Below, piece by piece: positions 29,737-40,636 of a stretch of DNA of 64,000 bases; position 1 is the first letter of the stretch, and each line of letters opens with the position of its first letter. The notes under the pieces were generated by a model. That model ran no database searches and was not told the DNA's origin. It saw only the letters and a program-made list of their open reading frames with translations. The DNA is from Candidatus Omnitrophota bacterium. GTDB taxonomy: Bacteria > Omnitrophota > Gorgyraeia > Gygaellales > Profunditerraquicolaceae. Made by a program: the position numbers and the translations under genes. Location of the stretch: the NCBI GenBank assembly GCA_041661605.1, contig JBAZUE010000001.1:223467-287466 (forward strand), written 5' to 3'.

Positions 29737-31833
29737 ATGAGAAAGATTCCATTAGAAAAAATAAGAAACATCGGGATTATCGCCCATATCGACGCCGGGA
29801 AAACTACGACTAGCGAACGCATCTTGTTTTATACGGGTAAGAATTACAAGATAGGCGAGGTGCATGATGGCGCCGCGACCATGGATTGGATGGTTCAGGA
29901 ACAAGAGAGAGGTATTACGATTACCGCTGCCGCTACCACTTGTACTTGGAAAGATGTAACCATTAACCTGATTGATACACCGGGCCATGTAGATTTTACT
30001 ATTGAGGTTGAGCGGTCATTAAAGGTGTTAGATGGAGCAGTGGTTGTTTTCTGCGGTGTTGGTGGAGTTGAACCGCAATCAGAAACTGTATGGCGCCAGG
30101 CAGACCGTTATAATGTTCCGCGCATTGCATTTGTAAATAAGATGGATCGCACAGGTTCAGATTTTTTTGAAGTTATAGATCAGATGCATAAAAGGTTAGG
30201 CGCCAATGTTGCGGCAATTCAGCTTCCTTTTGGTAAGGAGTCGGATTTTAAAGGGGTTGTAGACCTGGTTGAGAAAAAGCTAGTTTTATATAAAGATGAT
30301 TTAGGAAAAGACGTAGAGATAAAAGATGTGCCTGAGGATATGCTTGGTGATTTTGAGAAGTACCGCATGATCCTGGTGGAAAAGCTTGCTGAAGCAGATG
30401 ATTCGATTATGGAAGATTATCTTCAGGGCAAGAGCGTAACTAATGAGCAATTAAAAGTATCGATTCGTAAAACTGTAATTGCAAATAAATTTGTGGCGGT
30501 GCTTTGCGGAACCGCTTTTAAAAATAAGGGCGTGCAGCTGGTTTTAGATGCGGTAAGGGATTATTTGCCTTCTCCGATTGATGTGCCTCCAGTAAAAGGT
30601 ACTAATCCGGATACAGGAGAATTCGAAGAGGTTACCGCAGACGATAAGAGTCCTTTTACAGCTTTATGTTTTAAGGTAGCTACAGATCCTTTTGTTGGTA
30701 AAATTTATTTTATAAGGATGTATTCCGGCACGCTTACTGCCGGAACCTATATTTATAATGCTTCTAAAAGAGAAAGAGAGCGCGTTACCAAGATTGTTAA
30801 AATGCATGCCAACCATCAGGAGATGATTGATAGCATTTCCACGGGAGATATTGCTGCGGCCGTAGGTCTAAAAGACACCAAGACCGGGGATACGTTATGT
30901 ACTGAAAAAAATCCCATACTTATCGAAGCAATGCGTTTTCCTGAACCGGTTATCCAGCAGGCGATTGAACCTAAGTCAAAAGATGCTCAGGAAAAATTGG
31001 GCTTGGCGATGCATAAACTGGAAGATGAAGATCCATCATTCAGGGTTACCTATAACCAGGAAACCGGACAGACCCTTATTGCCGGGATGGGCCAGTTACA
31101 TCTGGAAATTATTATTGATAGAATTTTACGTGAGTTTAACGTGGAGGCTACAGTAGGTGCTCCGCAGGTAGCTTACAGGGAGACAATCAGAAAAAGTGTT
31201 TCCAGCGTCGGTAAATTTATTTCGCAATCCGGCGGCCGTGGGCAGTATGGGCACTGCGTTATAGAAATGAGCCCGCAGGAAATTCCCGGCACAGGTATTA
31301 CTTTTGAAGATAAGATTAAAAGTGGTTCTATCCCGCGCGAATTTATTCCGGCGGTAAAACAGGGTGTAATGGGTGCGGCTAAAAACGGAGTTTTAGCCGG
31401 TTATCCGGTTACCGACGTAAATGTTGTTTTGGTTGATGGTTCATTCCACGAAGTTGATTCCTCGGAGCTGGCATTTAAAATGGCGGGTTCCATTGCTTTT
31501 CAGGATGGAATGAGAAAAGCGCATCCGGTTTTATTGGAACCGATTATGGATATCGAGGTAATTGTGCCCGAGGAATTTATGGGCCAGATTATTGGTGATT
31601 TAAGCAGCCGTCGCGCAAAAATTATTGCCCTCGGGCAGAGATTAAATTTACGTACTATCCGAGCGAACGTTCCGCTGTCTGAAGTTTTTAATTACGCAAC
31701 TATAACAAGATCCTTGACACAAGGCCGCGCATCGTATACAATGGAACCTTCCTTTTACAGCGAGGTTCCTGCGCATGTAGCGGATAAAGTTATTTCAGGA
31801 TCAGCGAATACAAATGCAAGAAAAACTTTTTAA
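29737..31833 (+). CDS. fusA: Elongation factor G
   Basis: [30 protein letters not shown], 698 aa. Confidence 0.98.
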   Translation: MRKIPLEKIRNIGIIAHIDAGKTTTSERILFYTGKNYKIGEVHDGAATMDWMVQEQERGITITAAATTCTWKDVTINLIDTPGHVDFTIEVERSLKVLDGAVVVFCGVGGVEPQSETVWRQADRYNVPRIAFVNKMDRTGSDFFEVIDQMHKRLGANVAAIQLPFGKESDFKGVVDLVEKKLVLYKDDLGKDVEIKDVPEDMLGDFEKYRMILVEKLAEADDSIMEDYLQGKSVTNEQLKVSIRKTVIANKFVAVLCGTAFKNKGVQLVLDAVRDYLPSPIDVPPVKGTNPDTGEFEEVTADDKSPFTALCFKVATDPFVGKIYFIRMYSGTLTAGTYIYNASKRERERVTKIVKMHANHQEMIDSISTGDIAAAVGLKDTKTGDTLCTEKNPILIEAMRFPEPVIQQAIEPKSKDAQEKLGLAMHKLEDEDPSFRVTYNQETGQTLIAGMGQLHLEIIIDRILREFNVEATVGAPQVAYRETIRKSVSSVGKFISQSGGRGQYGHCVIEMSPQEIPGTGITFEDKIKSGSIPREFIPAVKQGVMGAAKNGVLAGYPVTDVNVVLVDGSFHEVDSSELAFKMAGSIAFQDGMRKAHPVLLEPIMDIEVIVPEEFMGQIIGDLSSRRAKIIALGQRLNLRTIRANVPLSEVFNYATITRSLTQGRASYTMEPSFYSEVPAHVADKVISGSANTNARKTF

Positions 31834-31864
31834 AAATGCCCCGTAGGGGCAAGGAGGATAAGAA

Positions 31865-33067
31865 ATGGCTAAAGAAAAATTTGTAAGAAGTAAGCCGCAC
31901 GTAAACATTGGGACCATTGGTCATATTGATCATGGTAAGACTACACTGACTGCTGCCATTTGTAACGTTTTATCAAAACTTGGTAAAGCCGCGCATAGAG
32001 ACTATGCGGATATTGCCAAGGGTGGAACAGTTAGAGACGATACAAAGGTAGTTACTATTTCAGTTGCCCATGTTGAATACGAAACAGACGCCCGCCATTA
32101 TGCACATATTGATTGTCCGGGCCATGCAGATTACATTAAGAATATGATTACCGGCGCAGCCCAGATGGACGGAGCAATTTTGGTAGTTTCAGCAGCTGAC
32201 GGCCCTATGCCTCAGACTAGAGAGCATATTCTCCTGGCGCGTCAGGTTAATGTGCCATCCATGGTTGTGTTCATGAATAAGGTTGATTTGGTAGATGATA
32301 AAGAGCTCTTGGATCTAGTGGAAATGGAGATCAGGGAGCTTTTGACTAAATACGGGTATCCCGGAGACAAAACCCCGATTATCCGCGGTAGCGCAAATAA
32401 GGCTTATGCTGCAACTGATCCTAATGGCCCGGATGCTAAACCGATTTTAGATTTAATGAAAGCAGTTGATGAGTTTATTCCGCTTCCTCCGAGAGAATTA
32501 GACAAACCTTTACTTATGGCAGTGGAAGATGTTTTTAGCATTGAAGGTAGAGGTACTGTAGGAACAGGAAGAATTGAGCGTGGTAAGGTAAAGGTTGGGG
32601 AAGAAGTTGAAATTATCGGCCTTAGGCCTGAAGCTAAGAAGTCAGTAGTTACCGGGATAGAGATGTTCCGTAAGTTACTGGATGAAGGCCATGCCGGGGA
32701 TAATGTCGGCTTGCTTTTAAGAGGCGTGGAAAAGAATGATATTGAGCGCGGAATGGTCATTGCTGCTCCTAAATCCATTCTACCGCATACAAAATTTAAG
32801 GCTCAGGTTTATATCCTGACTAAAGAAGAAGGCGGAAGACACACCCCATTCTTTAAAGGTTACAGGCCGCAGTTCTATTTCCGTACTACTGATGTTACCG
32901 GTTCAGCTACGCTTCCTGCGGGAATTGAAATGGTTATGCCCGGCGATAATGTGGTATTGGAGGTAGAGTTGATTACCCCGATTGCCATGGAGAAGGAATC
33001 ACGTTTTGCCATCCGCGAAGGCGGCCATACCGTGGGCGCAGGTGTAGTTACGGAGATTATTGGATAA
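31865..33067 (+). CDS. tuf: Elongation factor Tu
   Basis: [26 protein letters not shown], 400 aa. Confidence 0.98.
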   Translation: MAKEKFVRSKPHVNIGTIGHIDHGKTTLTAAICNVLSKLGKAAHRDYADIAKGGTVRDDTKVVTISVAHVEYETDARHYAHIDCPGHADYIKNMITGAAQMDGAILVVSAADGPMPQTREHILLARQVNVPSMVVFMNKVDLVDDKELLDLVEMEIRELLTKYGYPGDKTPIIRGSANKAYAATDPNGPDAKPILDLMKAVDEFIPLPPRELDKPLLMAVEDVFSIEGRGTVGTGRIERGKVKVGEEVEIIGLRPEAKKSVVTGIEMFRKLLDEGHAGDNVGLLLRGVEKNDIERGMVIAAPKSILPHTKFKAQVYILTKEEGGRHTPFFKGYRPQFYFRTTDVTGSATLPAGIEMVMPGDNVVLEVELITPIAMEKESRFAIREGGHTVGAGVVTEIIG

Positions 33068-33070
33068 TCA

Positions 33071-33376
33071 ATGAATACTCAGAAGATTCGGATTAAATTA
33101 AAAGCCTATGATCACCGGCTTTTGGATCAGGCAGTAATTGAGATCGTGGATACTGTCAAGCGTACCGGGGCCAAGATTTCCGGTCCCGTACCGCTTCCCA
33201 CTAAACGTGAGATTTATACGGTACTGCGTTCTCCTCATGTTGACAAGAAATCGCGTGAACAGTTTGATTTATCTACCCATAAGCGCCTTATTGACATCTT
33301 TGAACCCACAGCTAAGACCATCGATTCATTAAGGAAATTAAACTTGCCCGCAGGTGTGGATGTAGAGATCAAGTAG
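33071..33376 (+). CDS. rpsJ: 30S ribosomal protein S10
   Basis: [17 protein letters not shown]...GPVPLPTK. Confidence 0.98.
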   Translation: MNTQKIRIKLKAYDHRLLDQAVIEIVDTVKRTGAKISGPVPLPTKREIYTVLRSPHVDKKSREQFDLSTHKRLIDIFEPTAKTIDSLRKLNLPAGVDVEIK

Positions 33377-33402
33377 TAAATCAAAAAACGGATAAACTAA
33401 AA

Positions 33403-34038
33403 ATGATTGGTTTGATCGGTAAAAAAATCGGAATGACTCAGGTGTTTGCGGCGGATAACAGCCAGGTTGGGGTTACTGCCATACAGGCCGGGCCTTGTCC
33501 TGTTTTGATGATTAAAGATAAAAACATTCAACTGGGTTTTGACGCAGTCTCTGAAAAGAGCCTGAAGAAACCCCAGTCAGCCTTTTTCAAGAAATTGAAT
33601 ATTTCACCGCGCAAGGTGATTAAGGATCTCTCGAAAGAGGCTAATGTTGAATATAAAGTAGGAGATGAACTTAAGGTTGATCTTTTCGCTGAAGGTGATT
33701 TTGTGGATGTCAGCGGTATTTCCATTGGAAAAGGTTTCCAGGGGGGTATGAAGCGCTGGCATTGGAAGGGTGGTCCAAGAACACATGGTTCGACTTCGCA
33801 CCGCAGGGTTGGATCTATTGGTTCAACTACCACGCCCGGGCGCGTATGGAAAGGGCATCATATGCCCGGACATATGGGTACCGCTAAAGTTACGATTCAA
33901 AATCTCAAGGTTATCAAGGTAGATTTAGCAAATAACGTTCTTTTGGTTGAAGGTGGAGTTCCAGGATTCAAGAATGGTTATTTGGTGATTACTAAAGCCA
34001 AGAAAAAGGCTTTTAAGAAAGCAACGGTTAAGAAATAA
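33403..34038 (+). CDS. rplC: 50S ribosomal protein L3
   Basis: MIGLIGKKIGMTQVF...GKGFQGGMKRW. Confidence 0.97.
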   Translation: MIGLIGKKIGMTQVFAADNSQVGVTAIQAGPCPVLMIKDKNIQLGFDAVSEKSLKKPQSAFFKKLNISPRKVIKDLSKEANVEYKVGDELKVDLFAEGDFVDVSGISIGKGFQGGMKRWHWKGGPRTHGSTSHRRVGSIGSTTTPGRVWKGHHMPGHMGTAKVTIQNLKVIKVDLANNVLLVEGGVPGFKNGYLVITKAKKKAFKKATVKK

Positions 34039-34039
34039 T

Positions 34040-34684
34040 ATGTTTAACTTACCTGTTTATAATTGTGAAGGCAAAGAAGTCGATACCATAAAGCTTAATG
34101 CGGAAGTATTTGACGGAGCCCAAAATACGGATTGTCTTCATCAGGCTATTGAAGCTTACAAGGCAAATCAGAGAAAAGGCTTAGCGGCCACTAAAACCCG
34201 CGGAGAGGTTTCAGGAGGCGGCAAGAAGCCATGGAAGCAAAAGGGTACGGGCCGGGCCCGCGTTGGTTCTACGCGTTCTCCGCTTTGGAGACACGGTGGA
34301 GTAGTCTTTGGGCCGCACCCGCGAGATTTCTCTTATGAAATACCCCAGAAAATTAAAACACTGGCTTTAAAAACCAGCTTAAATACGAGATTAAAAGAAA
34401 ATAATTTCCTGGTCCTGGATGAATTTAATGTTGAAGCGCCTAAGACCAAATTAGCGGTAAAAATATTAGCCAACCTCAAATTATATTCCTCCAAGATTAA
34501 GAAAGAAAAGAAGGTTTTGTTTCTAACTCATAAATTGGATGCTGAATTAAAAAAGGCTTTGAAAAATATCAGTTTCTTAACCGTTGATTTAGCTAAAGAC
34601 TGCCATGCTTACGAGGTTATGAATAACCAGAAGCTGCTTATTACCAAAGCCGGTTTAAATGATTTGACTGAGAGGTTAAAATAA
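34040..34684 (+). CDS. rplD: 50S ribosomal protein L4
   Basis: GGGKKPWKQKGTGRARVGSTRSPLWRHGG. Confidence 0.97.
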   Translation: MFNLPVYNCEGKEVDTIKLNAEVFDGAQNTDCLHQAIEAYKANQRKGLAATKTRGEVSGGGKKPWKQKGTGRARVGSTRSPLWRHGGVVFGPHPRDFSYEIPQKIKTLALKTSLNTRLKENNFLVLDEFNVEAPKTKLAVKILANLKLYSSKIKKEKKVLFLTHKLDAELKKALKNISFLTVDLAKDCHAYEVMNNQKLLITKAGLNDLTERLK

Positions 34685-34965
34685 TGAGTCAGGGTCAGAT
34701 TATAATCAAGGCACTTTTACAGACGGAAAAATCCAGCACGTATCAGCCTGCAGGGAAGTATCTTTTCCTGGTAGTGAATTCTGCAAACAAGATTCAAATC
34801 AAGAAAGCTGTGGAGCTGGCATATAAAGTTAAGGTAAAGAATGTAAATACCTTTATTTCGTCAGGCAAACTAAAAAGGGTAAGGCATCAGTTAGGCCGTA
34901 CTCCGGATACAAAAAAAGCCGTGGTTACTTTAGCTGCCGGGCAAAAAATAGAGTTCAGTAGTTAG
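34684..34965 (+). CDS. rplW: 50S ribosomal protein L23
   Basis: S10-operon position. LLQTEKS...KKAVELAYKVKVKNVNT. Confidence 0.95.
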   Translation: MSQGQIIIKALLQTEKSSTYQPAGKYLFLVVNSANKIQIKKAVELAYKVKVKNVNTFISSGKLKRVRHQLGRTPDTKKAVVTLAAGQKIEFSS

Positions 34966-34980
34966 AAAGAGAAAATAAAA

Positions 34981-35817
34981 ATGGGAACAATAAAATTTAA
35001 ACCGACGACGCCATCAAGAAGGCATATGAGCGGTCCGGATTTTTCCGAAATTACCAAAGATAAGCCGGAACGTTCTTTGCTGCTGCCGCTCAAGAAAACC
35101 GGTGGAAGAAATTCTTATGGCCGCATCACTACCAGGCATATCGGCGGCGGGCATAAACGGATGCTGCGCATAGTTGATTTTAAGCGCGATATCTATGACC
35201 AGCCGGCAAAGGTTTTGGCAATTGAGTATGACCCTAACCGTTCAGCAAGAATTGCTTTGGTCGAATACCCAAACAAGGCAAAGCGTTATATCATCGCTCC
35301 GGTGGGCCTTAATGTTGACGATATGATTATATCCAGTAACCAGAAAGATATGGAGATAAGAACAGGCAATTGTCTTCTTCTGCGTAATATCCCTTCCGGC
35401 ACCCTGATCCATAATATTGAATTATTCAAGGGTAAGGGAGGCCAAATCGTACGCGGGGCAGGCACTAGCGCTCAGATCATGGCAAAAGAAGGTGATTTTG
35501 CCCATATCAGACTGCCTTCCGGTGAGGTGAGATTAGTAAGCTTGGATTGTCATGCGACTATCGGCCAGATAGGAAATATAGAGCATGAGTCGCTGATCCT
35601 TGGTAAAGCAGGTAAGAATCGCTGGCTGGGGATTAGGCCTTCCGTAAGAGGTGTTGTAATGAATCCTTTTGATCATCCTCACGGTGGAGGTGAAGGTAAA
35701 AGCGGCCAGGGAAATCCGCATCCGGTTACTCCCTGGGGTAAGCCTACTAAAGGTTATCGTACCAGGAATCGCAAGAAATATTCCAATAAATTTATTATTA
35801 AAAGAAGGAAGCCATAA
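34981..35817 (+). CDS. rplB: 50S ribosomal protein L2
   Basis: [19 protein letters not shown]...[14 protein letters not shown]. Confidence 0.98.
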   Translation: MGTIKFKPTTPSRRHMSGPDFSEITKDKPERSLLLPLKKTGGRNSYGRITTRHIGGGHKRMLRIVDFKRDIYDQPAKVLAIEYDPNRSARIALVEYPNKAKRYIIAPVGLNVDDMIISSNQKDMEIRTGNCLLLRNIPSGTLIHNIELFKGKGGQIVRGAGTSAQIMAKEGDFAHIRLPSGEVRLVSLDCHATIGQIGNIEHESLILGKAGKNRWLGIRPSVRGVVMNPFDHPHGGGEGKSGQGNPHPVTPWGKPTKGYRTRNRKKYSNKFIIKRRKP

Positions 35818-35819
35818 TT

Positions 35820-36107
35820 ATGCCGCGCTCATTAAAAAAAGGTCCATACGTTGAAGAGAGTTTATTAAAAAAAGTTGAAAAGCATGTCAAACTTGGTGAT
35901 CGTCAGGCGATTAAGACCTGGAGCCGTCGTTCTACCATTATTCCTGATTTTGTAGGGTTGACTTTTGCGGTCTATGACGGTAAAAGGCATATTCCGGTAT
36001 TTGTTACTGAAAATATGGTAGGCCATAAATTAGGGGAGTTTTCTCCTTCAAGAATATTCAGGAAGCATGGCGGTATTAAAGCTAAGAAAGCTCTGGAGAA
36101 GACTTAA
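35820..36107 (+). CDS. rpsS: 30S ribosomal protein S19
   Basis: [11 protein letters not shown]...[24 protein letters not shown]. Confidence 0.98.
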   Translation: MPRSLKKGPYVEESLLKKVEKHVKLGDRQAIKTWSRRSTIIPDFVGLTFAVYDGKRHIPVFVTENMVGHKLGEFSPSRIFRKHGGIKAKKALEKT

Positions 36108-36108
36108 A

Positions 36109-36453
36109 ATGATTTCAAAAGCTGAAGGAAAATTTCTAAGAATTTCACCCAGTAAAGTGCGGCTGGTCATGGATTTAATCCGGGGCAAGGACGCTGCTGA
36201 AGCGCAGAGTATTTTGCTGCATTTAAATAAAAGGCCGAAAGAATATCTGTTAAAGATATTAAAATCCGCGGTTGCTAATGCTAAGGTGAAAGGTTTTGGC
36301 GTAGATAAGCTGTATATTTCTAAGATTGTTTGTAATCCCGGCCCGATGTGGAAAAGATTTAAGGCGGCTGCTTTTGGCCGGGCTGCATCAATAGTCAGGC
36401 GTACCGCGCATATAAAAATTGAGTTGGATCTAAAAGAAAGCACCCGGCCTTAA
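36109..36453 (+). CDS. rplV: 50S ribosomal protein L22
   Basis: MISKAEGKFLRISPSKVRLVMDLIRGK. ATG 36109 lies 1 nt after the rpsS stop. The ORF-track start at 36067 is an overlap artefact. Confidence 0.96.
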   Translation: MISKAEGKFLRISPSKVRLVMDLIRGKDAAEAQSILLHLNKRPKEYLLKILKSAVANAKVKGFGVDKLYISKIVCNPGPMWKRFKAAAFGRAASIVRRTAHIKIELDLKESTRP

Positions 36454-36496
36454 AGGAAGTGGCCGGTGTACCCTTTGTGGGTAAGGAGAATAATTT

Positions 36497-37198
36497 ATGG
36501 GACATAAGGTAAGCCCTTTGGCATTAAGGCTTGGTTTTATAAGACAGTGGCATTCTCGTTGGTTTGCTAAACCTAAAGACTTCCCGATATTTCTACAGCA
36601 GGATTCAAAGATCAGGAAGTTTATCAAAGAAAAATTTAAGCAGGCAGCGATCTCCAAAATAGTTATAGAAAGACTGGCAGAAAAGATCAAAGTCCGGATT
36701 TTCTCCGCCCGTCCGGGAATCATTATCGGACGGCATGGTTCGGATATTGAACGGTTGCGTTCAGACCTGAATGGTTTGGTAAAGAATGAGCTTTCTATAG
36801 ATATACATGAGATAAATAATCCTGCCTGGGATGCGCAACTGGTAGCAGAGAATATCGCCTTGCAGCAGGAGAAAAGAATCGCTTTCCGTCGTGCCGTAAA
36901 AAGAGCCATGGAGCAATCTATTGCCTCAGGGGTAAAAGGAATAAGGGTGAGTTGTTCCGGCCGGCTTAATGGCGCAGAAATGAGCCGTAAAGAAACTTAT
37001 AAAATTGGCAAGGTTCCTTTACAAACTCTACGCGCAGATATCGATTATGGTTTTGCCGAGGCCCTTACGACTTATGGACTTATCGGGGTTAAGGTGTGGA
37101 TATATAAGGGTGATATCCTGGGAAAACAGTTTATACAGGAAGAAACAAAGACGGCCGGACAGCAGCAGTCTAAAGAATCATTCAGGCCTCAACGGTAA
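36497..37198 (+). CDS. rpsC: 30S ribosomal protein S3
   Basis: MGHKVSPLALRLG...KH domain...GRLNGAEMSR. Confidence 0.98.
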   Translation: MGHKVSPLALRLGFIRQWHSRWFAKPKDFPIFLQQDSKIRKFIKEKFKQAAISKIVIERLAEKIKVRIFSARPGIIIGRHGSDIERLRSDLNGLVKNELSIDIHEINNPAWDAQLVAENIALQQEKRIAFRRAVKRAMEQSIASGVKGIRVSCSGRLNGAEMSRKETYKIGKVPLQTLRADIDYGFAEALTTYGLIGVKVWIYKGDILGKQFIQEETKTAGQQQSKESFRPQR

Positions 37199-37217
37199 CA
37201 CTAAGGAGTAATCTAAT

Positions 37218-37634
37218 ATGGTTTTAATGCCCAAAAGGGTTAAATATCGTAAATTACAAAAAGGCCAGAGGCGTGGAATTGCGACCAGCGGAGCGACCCT
37301 GTCTTTTGGAGAATTTGGATTGAAGAGCCTGGAAAATGGATGGATTAAGAATACGCAGATTGAAGCAGTGCGTGTTATTTTGGCGCGCCAGCTGCATAAA
37401 GGCGGGAAATTATGGATCAGGGTTTTCCCGGACAAATCCATAACCAAGAAGCCGGCAGAAGTACGCATGGGTAAAGGTAAAGGCGATCTTGACCACTGGG
37501 TCTGTGTTGTAAAAAGAGGACGTATACTTTTTGAATTAGGCGGAGTCCCTGAAGAATACGCCAGGGCTTGTTTTCGTCTTGTAGCATATAAGATGCCGCT
37601 GCGCACTAAGTTTGTAATCAGGGCGCATAAATAA
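37218..37634 (+). CDS. rplP: 50S ribosomal protein L16
   Basis: [13 protein letters not shown]...RMGKGKG. ATG 37227 is an alternative start. Confidence 0.97.
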   Translation: MVLMPKRVKYRKLQKGQRRGIATSGATLSFGEFGLKSLENGWIKNTQIEAVRVILARQLHKGGKLWIRVFPDKSITKKPAEVRMGKGKGDLDHWVCVVKRGRILFELGGVPEEYARACFRLVAYKMPLRTKFVIRAHK

Positions 37635-37648
37635 AGGGAAGGTGCAGG

Positions 37649-37840
37649 GTGAAACCAGGAGAGTTAAGAAATTTATCAAAAGATGAATTAAAGCTTAAAG
37701 AAAAGGCTTTATTTGATGAGTTATCTAAGTTGAACATACAGCGCTATACGGGCAGCGTAGAGAAGCCGCACAAGTTTGGCCTGATTAAACAGGATATCGC
37801 ACGCATCAGGACAATCTTAAACGAAAAGAGAGATAAATAA
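37649..37840 (+). CDS. rpmC: 50S ribosomal protein L29
   Basis: 63 aa with a GTG start. [24 protein letters not shown]. Confidence 0.94.
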   Translation: MKPGELRNLSKDELKLKEKALFDELSKLNIQRYTGSVEKPHKFGLIKQDIARIRTILNEKRDK

Positions 37841-37841
37841 G

Positions 37842-38123
37842 ATGGGTAAACAAAAAGAATTTACCGGTGTAGTAGTCAGCGACAAGATGCAGAAGACGGT
37901 GGTGGTAAAGACAATGCATTTGTCCAGGCATGCAAAATATTCTAAAACGATAAAGATGCATAACAAGTTCAAGGCGCATGATGAAAAGGGTATTGCTAAG
38001 CTAGGCGATACGGTGGTTATTTTGGAAACCCGGCCTTTGTCAAAAGATAAACGTTTTATTGTTAAGAGTGTAATTAAAAAATTCCAGAAGACAGAGGCTG
38101 TTGCTCCCGAGGAGATTGTATAA
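37842..38123 (+). CDS. rpsQ: 30S ribosomal protein S17
   Basis: [17 protein letters not shown]...[16 protein letters not shown]. Confidence 0.96.
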   Translation: MGKQKEFTGVVVSDKMQKTVVVKTMHLSRHAKYSKTIKMHNKFKAHDEKGIAKLGDTVVILETRPLSKDKRFIVKSVIKKFQKTEAVAPEEIV

Positions 38124-38492
38124 ATGATCCAGTTACGCAGTATTTTAGATGTTGCTGATAATACCGGAGCGCGCCGGGCTTCCATGATCGCTACTTTAGG
38201 AAAAAAGGGAAGCTTTAACGCCGAGATCGGAGATGTGATTAATGTCAATATCAAGGAGTCTATCCCGGGGGCAACTGTAAAAAAAGGGGAGAAGGCCAGG
38301 GCGGTAATCGTTCGCACGAGACATGATATAAGAAGGACAGACGGCTCAATATTGCGATTTGACCGTAATGCCATAGTGATTATTGATGAGAAAAATAACC
38401 CCCGGGGCACGCGCGTATTCGGACCGGTTGCCAGGGAATTAAGGGACAGGAATTTCAATAAGATAATTTCTTTAGCGCCAGAGGTAATTTAA
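38124..38492 (+). CDS. rplN: 50S ribosomal protein L14
   Basis: [18 protein letters not shown]... Confidence 0.98.
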   Translation: MIQLRSILDVADNTGARRASMIATLGKKGSFNAEIGDVINVNIKESIPGATVKKGEKARAVIVRTRHDIRRTDGSILRFDRNAIVIIDEKNNPRGTRVFGPVARELRDRNFNKIISLAPEVI

Positions 38493-38803
38493 TGCAAAAA
38501 ATTAAAAAGAATGACATCGTCCAGGTAACCAAAGGTAAGGATAAGGGCAAGCAGGGCAAGGTGATAAATATCATCGTAGATAACGGCCGGGCTTTAGTCG
38601 AGGGTTTAAACCTGGCTAAAAAACATAAACGCCAGAGCCGTCAGGATCAGAAGGGCGGTATAGTTTCAATTGAAATGCCAATCAGTATTTCTAACCTGAT
38701 GCTTTTCTGTAAACACTGCTCCAAACCTACCCGTGTGGGCATAACGGTATTAAAGGACGGAACAAAATCCAGATTTTGTAAAAGTTGTAAAGGGGCTCTG
38801 TAA
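38492..38803 (+). CDS. rplX: 50S ribosomal protein L24 (with a Cys4 C-terminal motif)
   Basis: KOW motif KKNDIVQVTKGKDKGKQGKV. C-terminal CKHC...CKSC. Confidence 0.96.
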   Translation: MQKIKKNDIVQVTKGKDKGKQGKVINIIVDNGRALVEGLNLAKKHKRQSRQDQKGGIVSIEMPISISNLMLFCKHCSKPTRVGITVLKDGTKSRFCKSCKGAL

Positions 38804-38805
38804 AT

Positions 38806-39357
38806 ATGATACCTAGATTATTAGAGAAATACCGCAATGAAATCGTTCCTAAATTGATGGAGGATTTCAAAATTAAAAATAAAATGGCTGTGCCGGCTGT
38901 GGTTAAAGTTGTGGTGAATATGGGTATTGGCGAGGGTACTCAGGATGTTAAAATATTAGAGAAGGCCGCTGACGAGCTGGCTAATATTACCGGCCAGAAA
39001 CCGATTATCCGCAGGGCAAAAAAAGCTATTGCTAATTTTAAGGTCCGCCAGGGCCAGGCTGTAGGCGTAAAGGTTACTTTAAGAAAAGCGATGATGTATG
39101 AATTTATAGACCGCTTATTGAATATTTCTCTGCCGCGTATCCGCGACTTCCGTGGTGTATCTGCAAATTCTTTTGATAAGGGTAATAATTATACCCTGGG
39201 CTTAAGTGAACAGATTATCTTCCCGGAAATTGAGTATGATAAGATTACACGCACACAGGGTATGGATATTACTTTTGTGATTAAGAACGCCAAGAATAAA
39301 GATCAGGCAAGGGCGCTGTTGAAATATTTTGGCATGCCTTTTAAGGATAAGGAATAG
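38806..39357 (+). CDS. rplE: 50S ribosomal protein L5
   Basis: PAVVKVVVNMGIGE...ITGQKPIIRRAKKAIANFKVR. Confidence 0.98.
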   Translation: MIPRLLEKYRNEIVPKLMEDFKIKNKMAVPAVVKVVVNMGIGEGTQDVKILEKAADELANITGQKPIIRRAKKAIANFKVRQGQAVGVKVTLRKAMMYEFIDRLLNISLPRIRDFRGVSANSFDKGNNYTLGLSEQIIFPEIEYDKITRTQGMDITFVIKNAKNKDQARALLKYFGMPFKDKE

Positions 39358-39363
39358 AAAATA

Positions 39364-39549
39364 ATGGCAAAGAATTCTCAGATTGCAAGATGGAAAAGGC
39401 CGGCAAAATTTTCTACCCGAAAATATAACCGTTGTTCAATCTGCGGCAGGAGTAATGGTTATTTAAGAAGGTTTCAGCTTTGCCGTATTTGTTTTAGAGA
39501 GTTGGCTTGGCAGGGGCTTATTCCCGGCGTCAAGAAGGCTAGTTGGTAG
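39364..39549 (+). CDS. rpsN: 30S ribosomal protein S14, type Z (zinc form)
   Basis: 61 aa with CSICG...CRIC Zn-ribbon cysteines. Confidence 0.96.
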   Translation: MAKNSQIARWKRPAKFSTRKYNRCSICGRSNGYLRRFQLCRICFRELAWQGLIPGVKKASW

Positions 39550-39555
39550 ATACAA

Positions 39556-39582
39556 AATACTTTGCCTGTCCGGCAAAGTATT
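39556..39582. other. Hairpin AATACTTTGCC-TGTCC-GGCAAAGTATT
   Basis: 11-bp perfect stem starting 6 nt after the rpsN stop. No downstream T-run. Confidence 0.75.
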
Positions 39583-39587
39583 AATTC

Positions 39588-39642
39588 GCAGACGGCCTTA
39601 CGGCCTACGACTTATGTCACTTTCGTTCCATAAGTCGTCTGC
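39588..39642 (+). repeat. Stem-loop repeat, copy C (GCAGAC[GGCCTTACGGCCTAC]GACTTATG-N12-CATAAGTCGTCTGC)
   Basis: 14-bp stem, interrupted in the 5' arm by a 15-nt insert that itself forms a GGCC-TTAC-GGCC hairpin. Ends 20 nt before the rpsH ATG. Confidence 0.8.
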
Positions 39643-39662
39643 TCATTAAAATTGGGGGTTAA

Positions 39663-40058
39663 ATGTCAAGGACAGATTTAATTGCAGATGTTTTTACGAT
39701 TATGCGCAACGCAATAATAATTAAGAGGGATGTTGTTGATCTGCCTGCATCCAGCAATATAAAGTCAATTATAGCTATTCTTAAAGATAACGGGTATATC
39801 GATAATTTTAAGCTGATTGAAGATAAAAAGCAGGGGATGGTCAGGGTTTATTTGAAATATACAGCGGGCAAACCCGCTATCCGTAATATCAAGCGTATTT
39901 CTAAACCCGGCTTAAGGGTTTATGTCCCGGGTAAAAAGCTTCCTTCAGTTTTACGCGGTAAGGGGTTGGCGATTATTTCTACATCTAAAGGAGTAATTAC
40001 CGATAAAGAAGCCAGAGAAAAAGGCGTAGGCGGCGAAGTTATCGGGTATGTGTGGTAG
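39663..40058 (+). CDS. rpsH: 30S ribosomal protein S8
   Basis: MSRTDLIADVFTIMRNA...GGEVIGYVW. Confidence 0.98.
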   Translation: MSRTDLIADVFTIMRNAIIIKRDVVDLPASSNIKSIIAILKDNGYIDNFKLIEDKKQGMVRVYLKYTAGKPAIRNIKRISKPGLRVYVPGKKLPSVLRGKGLAIISTSKGVITDKEAREKGVGGEVIGYVW

Positions 40059-40089
40059 CAGATAGGTCTATAGCTGAGGAAGAAAATAA

Positions 40090-40635
40090 ATGTCTAGAAT
40101 CGGAAAAAAACTGGTAGTAATACCTAAGGAAGTAAAGATAGAAGTTAAGGACGGAGTAATCTTTGTCGAGGGCCCAAAAGGCAAGCTAAGCCGTAAACTT
40201 TCTGATCGTATTAGCGTGGAGATTAAAGATAACCAGCTTTTTGTTAAAAGGGTCTCTGACACTAAAATAGATAAGTCTATGCATGGCTTGTTTCGCGCTC
40301 TTATCGTAAATATGATTAAAGGGGTAGTGGAAGGATATCTTAAGGAGCTGGAAATTATCGGAGTAGGGTTTAAAGCCGCGGTAGCCGGAGATAAATTGAA
40401 TTTGGCCTTAGGGTTTTCCCATCCGGTCAATATTACTATTCCGGCGGGACTTAAGATTGAAACTCCCAAGCCAACGCAATTAGTCTTAAGAAGCCCGGAT
40501 AAAGAATTAATTGGAAAGATCGCCGCTGAAATCCGCGCGATTTATCCTCCTGAGCCCTATAAAGGTAAAGGTATCCGTTATTTAGGAGAGCATGTTAAAA
40601 AGAAAGTAGGAAAGGCGCAGGCAACAGGTAAATAA
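40090..40635 (+). CDS. rplF: 50S ribosomal protein L6
   Basis: MSRIGKKLVVIPKEVKIEV...PYKGKGIRY. Confidence 0.98.
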   Translation: MSRIGKKLVVIPKEVKIEVKDGVIFVEGPKGKLSRKLSDRISVEIKDNQLFVKRVSDTKIDKSMHGLFRALIVNMIKGVVEGYLKELEIIGVGFKAAVAGDKLNLALGFSHPVNITIPAGLKIETPKPTQLVLRSPDKELIGKIAAEIRAIYPPEPYKGKGIRYLGEHVKKKVGKAQATGK

Positions 40636-40636
40636 A

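Noticed and set aside
31837-31851. Small hairpin TGCCCC-GTA-GGGGCA abutting the tuf Shine-Dalgarno sequence.
   Set aside because: The stem is only 6 bp with a triloop, and there is no U-tract or conservation evidence. It is too weak to call as a regulatory element.
33138-33332. Plus-strand alternative-frame ORFs nested inside real genes, e.g. 33138-33332, 37005-37211, 42312-42500, 50431-50637, 51446-51628, 51852-52040, 62520-62735, 30965-31156, 11748-11960 and 35669-35854.
   Set aside because: They are out-of-frame overlaps of well-supported genes, are 60-71 aa, and have no motifs or ribosome-binding sites.
37817-38458. Long minus-strand ORFs: 213 aa here, plus 28492-29067 (191 aa), 47842-48450 (202 aa), 11154-11741 (195 aa), 19211-19666 (151 aa), 36430-36909 (159 aa) and others.
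   Set aside because: Each lies entirely antisense to a highly conserved plus-strand gene (rpsQ/rplN, rpoC/rpsL, rplQ, secD, rplK, rpsC). Their translations are low-complexity Ser/Leu/Pro-rich with no recognisable motifs. They are typical shadow ORFs.
38690-38803. Cys4 motif (CKHC...CKSC) at the C-terminus of L24, and zinc-ribbon forms of L33, L36, S14 and the adenylate kinase lid.
   Set aside because: Zinc-binding (C+) versions of these proteins are a known, widespread variation. As I recall, a similar Cys4 L24 exists in Thermus. There is no paralog evidence here.
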